Under the pieces are notes generated by a model that had not been told where the DNA came from, did no database searches, and saw nothing but the letters and a program-made list of their open reading frames with translations. 64,000 nucleotides of DNA, taken from positions 6,159 to 70,158 of the forward strand of contig CAWIRY010000186.1 in assembly GCA_963838485.1 (NCBI GenBank), in the 5' to 3' direction. The stretch comes from an uncultured delta proteobacterium (GTDB lineage Bacteria; Desulfobacterota; RBG-13-43-22). Position numbers and translations under genes: made by a program. Every line of letters begins with the position of its first letter. Position 1 is the stretch's first letter. Shown piece by piece: positions 54,996 to 62,563 of this stretch.

Positions 54996-55889
54996 TCAGG
55001 AAACCATTTCTGCAATGATGTCTTTCACCGGTCTGATGGCCTTGATCAAAGTGCTGACCTGACCGCCTCCGGCCGGGAACAGGTCGAAATCACCGCTTTG
55101 CCAGGCCTTTCCGGCATTCATCAAATTGTATTCTTTGGTCAGGTCCGCCCCTGAAGCCAAGAGTCCGGTCAATTTCGGATTGATAAGAGTTCGCATGGCC
55201 ATGCCGCCCACGGGCAGACGCACGGTTCCGGGCTCGCCGCAGCCGACAATAGCCTCCTTCCAGGCCCGAGAGGCTGGACTTTCTTCGGAGGCCAAAAAAG
55301 CCGTCCCGATCTGCACCCCCTGAGCGCCAAGGGCCAGGGCCGCCTAAAAGCCGCGTCGGTCGGCGATTCCACCGGCAGCCACTACCGGCACCTGGACCAG
55401 GTCACAGACCAGGGGGATCAGGATCAAATTGGTGGTTTCCGGTCCGGTGGTGCGAAGGCCACCTGATTCCGTTCCGGAAACGATCACGCCGTCCGCCTCC
55501 GCCTCAGCGGCCTTGGCCGCCATAGACGCGGCCAGAGTGACGTGAAGGACTTTCATCCCCAGTCCCTTGATCTTGGGATAGATTTTTTTGGGTGCCCCGG
55601 CCGAGGTGGTTACGGTGTTAACTCCAGCCTCGGCCAATATCTCCAGGATAGCCTCATTGTTGGGGTTCATGGCGATCATGAGATTAGCCCCAAAAGGTTT
55701 ATCCGTAAGGTCCTTTATCTGGGAGATCATCCGCCTGACCTTTTCCAGGTCGGTGACAAAGCCCAAAGCCAGCATGCCGAAGGCACCGGCCTCGGACACG
55801 GCGGCCACCATCTTCGGATCATTCAATTCCCCGATGGGTCCCTGAATAATGGGATATTGGCACCCTAAAATTTCCAAAAGTTTCGGCAT
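54996..55889 (-). pseudogene. Nitronate monooxygenase / FabK-like FMN TIM-barrel oxidoreductase, interrupted by an in-frame TAG as assembled
   Basis: ORF 55344..55889 ends ..VVAAGGIADRRGF*. The same frame continues AALALGAQGVQIGTAFLASEES.. (ORF 54996..55316). The TAG at 55344-55346 falls inside the conserved GGI.D.RG.AAAL.LGA.GVQ.GT motif. Confidence 0.8.
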
Positions 55890-55921
55890 AACCCATACCT
55901 CCTTTATCTGGACTTCCCCTC

Positions 55922-57019
55922 TTAAACCTGGCTGGCCTTAACGGCTTCCCGCAGGGCTTTCTGGTCAAGAGGGGGCGGTAAAATATCGGCCCTTTCAACC
56001 AGGGTAATGGCCTCAAAATCACAGCCGGTGGCACACACCCCGCATCCGATGCACCGGTCTAAATTCAATTCCGGCTTATCTTCATCTCCCATGGTTAGGG
56101 CTTCGGTGGGACACCGATCGACGCAGGTGCCGCAAGCGGTGCACAGATCGAAATCATGCCAGGGTTTAAACCCGGAATTCATCGCCAATCCGGGTTTCGG
56201 CTGGGCCAAGGCGGTTTTCAGCATCATGCAATGACAGCCGCAACAGTTGCACAGAAACTCGATCTCCTGACGATTGACGGTTGCGTGAACCAGGCCAGCC
56301 TCTTCCGTTTTATTGAGGATCTCCCGGGCCTCTTCTTTGGAAATCTGACGGCCTATTTTCCGATCAATGAGAAACTGGGCACCTATCCCGAAGGTCATAC
56401 ACACGTCATCCGGTTTTCCACAATCGTCCTTTTCATCGAGTAATTTGGCCTCATGACGGCAAAAACAGGTGGCGACCGCCAGAGGTTGGTATTTTTCAAT
56501 ATAGGAAGCCACCTGCTGATAGGTGTGGATGGTATTTTCGGCCTGAATTTTTTTATCCACGGGGATTACCCGGCTGGTCGGATAGGTCTCCTTAGGAGGC
56601 CCTTGTCCGGCATCCAGGGCCAATTTGTAGGCATGAATCAGCTTGGCGAGGTTTTTATCCCTTTCCGTTTTCGAACCCCTCATGAATTGGTATTCAAAGA
56701 TCCCGGGCACAAAAACCGGTGCGCTGTAAAAAGTGACCCCGCCCATGGAACCGGCGGTGCAAAGACCTTTATCGGCCATGGCTTCCAGAATGGGTCTTAC
56801 TTCAGCAACGGATTTGCCCATGACCTTGGCAACGGCTTCGGCGGGATTATAACCCTTGGGGATCGCATTATAGACTGCCGCCTCCTCCGGGGTAAAAAGC
56901 TCTTCAACAAGGGCATAAAATTCGGGGATATCCTTACCAGGGTATCTTCCGTGCCTTTTAGCCAAGACCTCGCATAGTTCATGATACACTTTTTCAGCCA
57001 TTTCTTTTCCCCCTATCAA
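55922..57019 (-). CDS. Cys-rich Fe-S protein with a C-terminal 2x[4Fe-4S] ferredoxin domain, function unknown
   Basis: Central CFCRHE..DDCGKPDDVC..CNCCGCHC cluster. The C-terminus carries CTACGTCVDRCP and CIGCGVCATGC. Confidence 0.7.
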   Translation of the reverse strand: MIGGKEMAEKVYHELCEVLAKRHGRYPGKDIPEFYALVEELFTPEEAAVYNAIPKGYNPAEAVAKVMGKSVAEVRPILEAMADKGLCTAGSMGGVTFYSAPVFVPGIFEYQFMRGSKTERDKNLAKLIHAYKLALDAGQGPPKETYPTSRVIPVDKKIQAENTIHTYQQVASYIEKYQPLAVATCFCRHEAKLLDEKDDCGKPDDVCMTFGIGAQFLIDRKIGRQISKEEAREILNKTEEAGLVHATVNRQEIEFLCNCCGCHCMMLKTALAQPKPGLAMNSGFKPWHDFDLCTACGTCVDRCPTEALTMGDEDKPELNLDRCIGCGVCATGCDFEAITLVERADILPPPLDQKALREAVKASQV

Positions 57020-57116
57020 AGTTTTGATTTGATCTCGGCCATGTTGGCCCGATGATTATCGATTCGGAAATATCCAGGTTAGCCGCCTGAGCACAAGACA
57101 CATCATCCTGCTGATC

Positions 57117-58139
57117 TTACTTCGGCGCCGTCCGCATCATCCCCGGCACAATCCTGACCTCTTTACGGGGATTTCGTTTGGCCTTTAATTCCGCTTTCGA
57201 TCCCGCCATGACATAAACCCGTTCCTGACGGTCCCTGAGGGGTTTCAGCACCCTTTCAACGTGTTCCTTCTTATTTTCGAGATAAACCGGTTTGACTTCT
57301 TCTCCCGCCGGACAAACGGCCATACAGTAGCTGCAGCGGTAGCTCATCCGAAACATCAGAGACTGCCACATGAAAGCCGTCTCCCGATCGTTGAAATGGG
57401 ATCGATATTCCGCCATGTCCTGCGAGGAAACCATGGCTTCCACCCAGTTCTGAAAGCCGGTCATGTTGTCCCGGTAAGTGTGGGTGATACAGGCCGAAAA
57501 ATCAAAAGGCTGGTCTTTGGTGATGGCCCCGGTCGGGCAGACCACGGCGCATAGATTGCATTTGATGCAGGGATTCTCCGTCAGCGGACGGTCGTATCGA
57601 TCCAACAGGCCATTAATCAGGATACTGTCTAATTGGATGCAACTGCCGTATTTCGGATGCAGGACGAGCCGGTTCAGGCCCATGTGCCCGAGACCGGCCT
57701 CCACGGCCATGATCTTATGGCTCACGTCCCAGATTTTCCCCGGATACCGATCCAGGTCCATGGGCCATCCCTTGTTGACCACCACCCCCCGGATTCCGAT
57801 TCGGTTCAAGCGTCGAAGAATTTCTCGCGAAAGGTCGGAAATCTTATCCCCCGTGTGATGGTATTCTTCATTGGCCACATAGCGAGCCGGGCTTTGAAGG
57901 GTTTCCCGATTATTGGTCGTAATAATGGAAATGATACTGCTGGTCAGAGAGTAAACGTGTAATATCCCCTCTCGCTCCTTTTGCAGCGGCTCCCTCTCCA
58001 TATCCACCAGTCCCACATCGTCGGCCCCGGCCTCGAGGCAGATCTTTTTGATCGCCTCCGCGGAATAAGTCCTTTTTCCCTCTCCCTCGCCAGAACCCTT
58101 CATGTCCGAACCCAAATTTTTCTTCCCTTCTGTTTTCAT
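57117..58139 (-). CDS. QueG / reductive-dehalogenase-superfamily Fe-S protein (epoxyqueuosine-reductase-like)
   Basis: ..SHKIMAVEAGLGHMGLNRLVLHPKYGSCIQL.. followed by CIKCNLCAVVCPTGAI and ..CSYCMAVCPAG.., the QueG-like layout. Overlaps the stop of the molybdoenzyme gene. Confidence 0.65.
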   Translation of the reverse strand: MKTEGKKNLGSDMKGSGEGEGKRTYSAEAIKKICLEAGADDVGLVDMEREPLQKEREGILHVYSLTSSIISIITTNNRETLQSPARYVANEEYHHTGDKISDLSREILRRLNRIGIRGVVVNKGWPMDLDRYPGKIWDVSHKIMAVEAGLGHMGLNRLVLHPKYGSCIQLDSILINGLLDRYDRPLTENPCIKCNLCAVVCPTGAITKDQPFDFSACITHTYRDNMTGFQNWVEAMVSSQDMAEYRSHFNDRETAFMWQSLMFRMSYRCSYCMAVCPAGEEVKPVYLENKKEHVERVLKPLRDRQERVYVMAGSKAELKAKRNPRKEVRIVPGMMRTAPK

Positions 58140-60370
58140 AGGGCCTCCACTCGGCAGGGTACATAGCGGTGCATCGGCGTCCCCAGGAAGTCCCGGTTGG
58201 TGTTTTTCGTCAGGCGATTCACGTTGACCCCGTGGGCCTTGCCGTCATAAACCAGTCCAAAACCATGGGGGATAGCCACGTGACCCTTGCGGGCCGTTTC
58301 GGTAACCTCCAGTTCAACCTCCAAGGAACTAGCCTCGGTGGTCACCCGGACCTGCTGACCGTCCATGAGCTTCAAGGTTTCAGCGTCGGCCGGGTGCATG
58401 GCCAGGGTGCAGGCCCTTTTGCCCGCGTTCCAGGCCGGGTCCCGCATGAGGGTGTTGGCGTTCATGGAGGTGTGGCGTCCGGCCATGAGAATCAGGGGAA
58501 ATGAGGGATCGGGCCTCAGGGCCACTTCTTCCTGCTCGGCATCGATCCCCTTGACCGTATCTATAAGCTCCGGGATATATAAATCGATCCTGCGATCTTC
58601 GGTTTGAAGATGACCGAAATTATTGTTCGGGTCCACCTGTCCGACCCAGAGGCCTTCCGGATGGTCGATAATTTTCTGAAAGATCTCCTCACCCAGACCC
58701 ATTCCCGGGGTAAAGCCTACCCGGGCGGCGTTTTCCTGAAAGGCCTTGGGCGTGGTCTGAAGGATTCCCCAGAGCGTGGCCAGATGAACGGACCCCATGC
58801 CCTTTCCCAGGGTTTTTCCGAGAATAAAGGGCAGGACCTTCAAGGCCGCCGGTTCTTTCTGTGCATAGGCCATAAGGGCCGCACCAAAGGCCGCCCGGCT
58901 TCCTTCGGCGGCCTTATAGAGACTCTCGGGGATGGGTGGGATCAGGCCCAATCGATCGGCCAGCCGAAGATGGATCTCTCCGGCTTCCAACGGCTCTCCG
59001 TCGGGTTCAATGATGGGCCTCCGCATCTGGAAAAAGATGCCCGGATAAGTAAGGGCAAAAAAGATCCCGTCCCAGGACTCAAAACCGGACCGGGCCGGAA
59101 GCACATAGTGGGACAATAAGGCCGTTTCCGTCATGGCCAGCTCGGAAGTCACCAACAGATCCAGACGCTTGAAGGCCTGTTCATAGGCCGTGGTATCCGC
59201 GTAGGAACGCAAGGGATTGGAGGCGGAGACGATGACCGCCCGCAGACGATCCGGGCGATCGGAGAGGATCTCCTCGGGCATGGCATTGGGTGGAAAGGTG
59301 GCCGAGACCGGGAATATATTGGTGGTCATGGTCCGCCAGGTCTTGGGATTCCGCTCATCGGAATGGGCGCCGGTAGGCATCAAATGGCCGGGGAAAATGG
59401 TGCCCCCGGGCACACAGATCCGCCCGCAGATGGCTTGTAAGGTCGCGGCCAGGTAGGATGAGACGGCGCTGTGGCGATTCATAAAGAGGCCGAGGTCATA
59501 ACGCAGAGTGGATTTGCGGGTGGCAAACAGACGGCTGATCTCCTGGACCTGATCGAAATCAAGGTGACAGGTCCGGACAGCCGACCGGGCATCAAAATTC
59601 GTATACAACGATTTTATGTTCTCAAACCCGGAGGTATGATTTTCGATATAGTCTTTTTTTTCCCAGCCTTCCTGGAGGATAATGGCGATCATGGCCCGAA
59701 GGAGAAGGGCATCCGTTCCCGGCCGAATCGGAAGATGCCTGTCGGCGATCTTGGCCGTTTCGGACAGGCGGGGGTCAACGACAATAAGGAGTTTATTAGG
59801 ATCCTTGGAGATACGCTGAAGGTGCCGGGGGGCCTGGGGGATCTGGTGGCTCTGCATACCGTTCCACCCTAATATCAGAAAGAGGTCCGTTTCCGCCACA
59901 TCGGGCACTCCGTGCAAATATTGTCGGCCGAACATGCGACCATGAACCCAGAACATCCCGGAAAATTCCTGGGCCAGGGCGCTGTAGTGATAATAAGAAC
60001 CAAGCCCCCTTAATAAACGGACCCCAAAGGCGGCCTCAAAATGACATCCCTGGCCGCCGCCGCCCATATAAGCAAAAGATCGGGGGCCGTACTGATCGAC
60101 GATGCCCTTGAGTTTGACGGCGATCTCACCAATGGCCTGATCCCAGGAGATACGCTCAAAACGGTCCCCCACCCGCTTCAAGGGGTATTTAAGACGATCG
60201 GCATGATGCTGATGATAAGCGACATTCATCCCTTTTCGGCAAACATACCCTTGGCTGCGGAGATTTTCCTTGTCCCCTTTAACCTTAACAATACGGTTGT
60301 TTTCGACTTCCACTTCCAGACCGCAGTTCTGGGCGCAAAGAACACAGCTTGTTTTGTGGGTTATTCCCAT
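58136..60370 (-). CDS. Cytoplasmic molybdopterin (bis-MGD) oxidoreductase with an N-terminal [4Fe-4S] motif, substrate unknown
   Basis: N-terminus HKTSCVLCAQNCGLEVEV..VCRKG (CX2CX3C..C). 744 aa, no twin-arginine signal. RBS aggagg. No in-frame TGA. Confidence 0.8.
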   Translation of the reverse strand: MGITHKTSCVLCAQNCGLEVEVENNRIVKVKGDKENLRSQGYVCRKGMNVAYHQHHADRLKYPLKRVGDRFERISWDQAIGEIAVKLKGIVDQYGPRSFAYMGGGGQGCHFEAAFGVRLLRGLGSYYHYSALAQEFSGMFWVHGRMFGRQYLHGVPDVAETDLFLILGWNGMQSHQIPQAPRHLQRISKDPNKLLIVVDPRLSETAKIADRHLPIRPGTDALLLRAMIAIILQEGWEKKDYIENHTSGFENIKSLYTNFDARSAVRTCHLDFDQVQEISRLFATRKSTLRYDLGLFMNRHSAVSSYLAATLQAICGRICVPGGTIFPGHLMPTGAHSDERNPKTWRTMTTNIFPVSATFPPNAMPEEILSDRPDRLRAVIVSASNPLRSYADTTAYEQAFKRLDLLVTSELAMTETALLSHYVLPARSGFESWDGIFFALTYPGIFFQMRRPIIEPDGEPLEAGEIHLRLADRLGLIPPIPESLYKAAEGSRAAFGAALMAYAQKEPAALKVLPFILGKTLGKGMGSVHLATLWGILQTTPKAFQENAARVGFTPGMGLGEEIFQKIIDHPEGLWVGQVDPNNNFGHLQTEDRRIDLYIPELIDTVKGIDAEQEEVALRPDPSFPLILMAGRHTSMNANTLMRDPAWNAGKRACTLAMHPADAETLKLMDGQQVRVTTEASSLEVELEVTETARKGHVAIPHGFGLVYDGKAHGVNVNRLTKNTNRDFLGTPMHRYVPCRVEAL

Positions 60371-60390
60371 ATATCCTCCTCCTGAAAAAA

Positions 60391-60813
60391 TTACCGGCTA
60401 AATTGTTCCCGCAGTTTATGAATAAGACCGCGCAACTCGCGCTTTTCATTTTCCGTAAAGGCCGCCAGGAATTCTTTGTTGGCCTCCTCGATCAGCTTCC
60501 TGGCCTCCAGTCCCGTCTCTTTCCCCTGCTTAGTCAGATGGATCTTTATGGAACGCCGATCATCGGGATTTCCCTTGCGTTCGATGAGCCCGGCCGCTTC
60601 CAAACGATCCAGAATGCCGGTCAAGGTGGCGCTGTCTAATTCAACCTTTTTCCCTAATTCACCGGCCATGATCTGATCCGCCTCGGCCAGGAATCCAAGG
60701 ACCATGGCCTGGACCGGAGTGATGCTGAGCCCCGATATCTTCTGGGTCATAAATTTTATGCCGGTCTGACTGGCTTTGGCTAATTGAAAAAAAATACAAT
60801 TATCGGATTTCAT
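60391..60813 (-). CDS. MarR-family transcriptional regulator
   Basis: 140 aa with a winged-helix pattern ..ITPVQAMVLGFLAE..MAGELGKKVELDSATLTGILDRLEAAGLIERK..DRR... Lies 20 nt upstream of the molybdoenzyme gene. Confidence 0.85.
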   Translation of the reverse strand: MKSDNCIFFQLAKASQTGIKFMTQKISGLSITPVQAMVLGFLAEADQIMAGELGKKVELDSATLTGILDRLEAAGLIERKGNPDDRRSIKIHLTKQGKETGLEARKLIEEANKEFLAAFTENEKRELRGLIHKLREQFSR

Positions 60814-60935
60814 ATTAAATCCCCATGCCCCTGTGGGGCGCTACGAAAAATGAAAATAAAACTTAGAAATAAATAGTTAAAAGTCTTTATTCTGAATTCT
60901 GACTCCTGAATTCTGACTCCTCAAATTTTATTCTC

Positions 60936-60956
60936 GTATACAATTATCTTGTACAC
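60936..60956. promoter_or_regulatory. Candidate MarR operator (imperfect palindrome)
   Basis: GTATACAA-ttatc-TTGTACAC, 7 of 8 inverted, about 120 nt upstream of the marR start. Confidence 0.3.
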
Positions 60957-61021
60957 AACACAAATAAAACTGTCAAGAAAAAAATTTGACCCATTTCACT
61001 CCTGATGGTCTTGTAAAAAGT

Positions 61022-61182
61022 CGCTCATCGTCACCCCGGCGAACCCCGGATCAGGTCCGGGGCAGGAGCCGGGGTTCAGGCGTAGTCACGACGAAGGTTT
61101 GGAACCGGTTCTATCTTCCCGGATAACCGCTATCGCCGGAATGAAGAAAAGGCCATTTTTTGACTTTTTACAGGATCATCGC
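61022..61182. repeat. MITE-like palindromic repeat, family R1, copy C
   Basis: Termini TGTAAAAAGTCG (61022-61033) and TGACTTTTTACA (61171-61182). Inner arms CGTCACCCCGGCgaaCCCCGGATCAGG.. and ..TTCCCGGATaaccgctATCGCCGGAATGA are similar to copies A and B. Confidence 0.55.
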
Positions 61183-61202
61183 CACGGCAGGCTGAAATGG
61201 AG

Positions 61203-61232
61203 TTGACAGCTTTCCTCTTTTCGGTTTATAAA
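61203..61232 (+). promoter_or_regulatory. Sigma70-type promoter for tRNA-Arg
   Basis: TTGACA (61203-61208), an 18-nt spacer, then TATAAA (61227-61232). The tRNA 5' end lies about 9 nt downstream. Confidence 0.5.
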
Positions 61233-61240
61233 TCTATTGC

Positions 61241-61316
61241 GCGCCCATAGCTCAGTGGATAGAGTGCCGGACTACGAATCCGTAGGTCGCAAGTTCGAAT
61301 CTTGCTGGGCGCGCCA
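61241..61316 (+). tRNA. tRNA-Arg (anticodon ACG), CCA encoded
   Basis: Cloverleaf folded by hand. Acceptor GCGCCCA/UGGGCGC, D arm GCUC-AGUGGAUA-GAGU, anticodon arm CCGGA-CUACGAA-UCCGU (one C-U mismatch at its base), variable loop AGGUC, T arm GCAAG-UUCGAAU-CUUGC, then discriminator G and CCA. Confidence 0.9.
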
Positions 61317-61323
61317 GAATATC

Positions 61324-61358
61324 AATGGGTTATCCAATACGGTTAACCCATTTTTTTA
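61324..61358 (+). terminator. Intrinsic terminator after tRNA-Arg
   Basis: ATGGGTTA-tccaatacggt-TAACCCAT followed by TTTTTTT. Confidence 0.7.
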
Positions 61359-61445
61359 TTTCAATTTTATCTTCACCTTGTTCCCATTTATTATTTTTGC
61401 GAAAACATTAGGTAGGTGTACTGGGGAAAACCGTGGCTTTTTGTT

Positions 61446-61688
61446 TCAAATCTCTTTAGTTAACTCTTTCCATACCTGGCGACGGGCAGAAGTCCATAGG
61501 TTTCTGCTTGATCTGAGATTAAAAATAATCCATCCAACCAAGCCAAAAAGAAAAATACACATAAAAAGAGTTTTTTGTATATCGAAATACCAATCTGGGG
61601 CGCTATCCCCCCAACCGATTACTTCGGCCAGGAAAAAATGCCAGGAAAAATTTAAAAAAACCCCTATTACGACTCCTTGGATAATCAT
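61446..61688 (-). CDS. Hypothetical small membrane protein (two predicted TM helices) in an AT-rich tRNA-flanking region
   Basis: 80-aa ORF MIIQGVVIGVFLNFSWHFFLAEVIGWG..MCIFLFGLVGWIIFNL.. There is no recognisable family and the codon usage is AT-rich and atypical for the window. Confidence 0.3.
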   Translation of the reverse strand: MIIQGVVIGVFLNFSWHFFLAEVIGWGDSAPDWYFDIQKTLFMCIFLFGLVGWIIFNLRSSRNLWTSARRQVWKELTKEI

Positions 61689-62079
61689 TACAGTGATCCT
61701 GATAATTTTTTTTAATAGACAGAAAAAGATATTCTAAAGTTAAAATATCTTTTTAACCTGACGAGCTTCTTTCTTGTCTACCAAATCTTCCTTGTCTTTA
61801 TACAGGCGAGCTAAAATCGTCTCTCGAAACCCCTAATCCTTGGCATCGGGACCGCCGTTGATGGCCTCAACCAGGGTCTAGACGCGGCTTTTTTGGGACT
61901 ATGTAATTTCTTTATTGGTTTTCCCGAAAGCGTCGATGCTTTGTTTTTATATCCTCTTTCAAGCCGATCAAGGGCATAGAGATTTTTTTTGGAACGGGCG
62001 TTGAACCATTTAATCTTTTTAATTGACCAACTTGCCTAAGGCGGATAGGATGTCCCCAGGTTTTTAGGAGGAGCAAAAA

Positions 62080-62505
62080 ATGGACCATCGGGTCAAGGAA
62101 GCCCTATTTCTAAGAGTAGCCCGGGAACCGTTTGCCAAAAAATTTAAATTAAAACAGGTCGATCTGGATGAAGGTTATTCCAGAGTGACCATGACCTTTA
62201 CCCCGGATATGGAAAACATCTTCGGCATGGCCCATGGCGGGGCCATTTTCGCCTTGATCGACGAGGCCTTTCAAACGGCCTGCAACGCCTATGGCACCAT
62301 GGCCGTGGCCTTGAATATGACGATCACCTACGTTTCTTCTCCTGCACCCGGCAGCAAACTTACGGCCGAGGCCAAGGAATACAGCCGGACTGCCAAGACG
62401 GCCAATTATGATATTAAGGTCCTTGATGAACGGGGAAATCTGATCGCTTCCTGTCAGGCCTTGGCCTTTCGCAAAGGGAAACCCCTGTCCTTCCTGGAAC
62501 CTTAA
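62080..62505 (+). CDS. PaaI-family hotdog-fold acyl-CoA thioesterase
   Basis: 141 aa with ..NIFGMAHGGAIFALIDEAF.. RBS aggagg. Confidence 0.8.
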   Translation: MDHRVKEALFLRVAREPFAKKFKLKQVDLDEGYSRVTMTFTPDMENIFGMAHGGAIFALIDEAFQTACNAYGTMAVALNMTITYVSSPAPGSKLTAEAKEYSRTAKTANYDIKVLDERGNLIASCQALAFRKGKPLSFLEP

Positions 62506-62563
62506 TCCAGTTTGCCTTGTTCCGGTGAGACGATATAATCCTTAATCAACTTTTCGGTGCCCC

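Noticed and set aside
55344-55346. The in-frame TAG in the NMO-like gene as a pyrrolysine codon.
   Set aside because: Pyl is known in methylamine methyltransferases and a few other contexts. Nothing in the window (no pylTSBCD genes, no methyltransferase) supports it. The position aligns with an ordinary small or hydrophobic residue of a conserved motif. A nonsense mutation or a base error is far more likely.
61237-61737. A 166-aa plus-strand ORF starting inside the tRNA-Arg gene.
   Set aside because: It is translated straight through the tRNA and its terminator into AT-rich sequence, and has no protein-like features.
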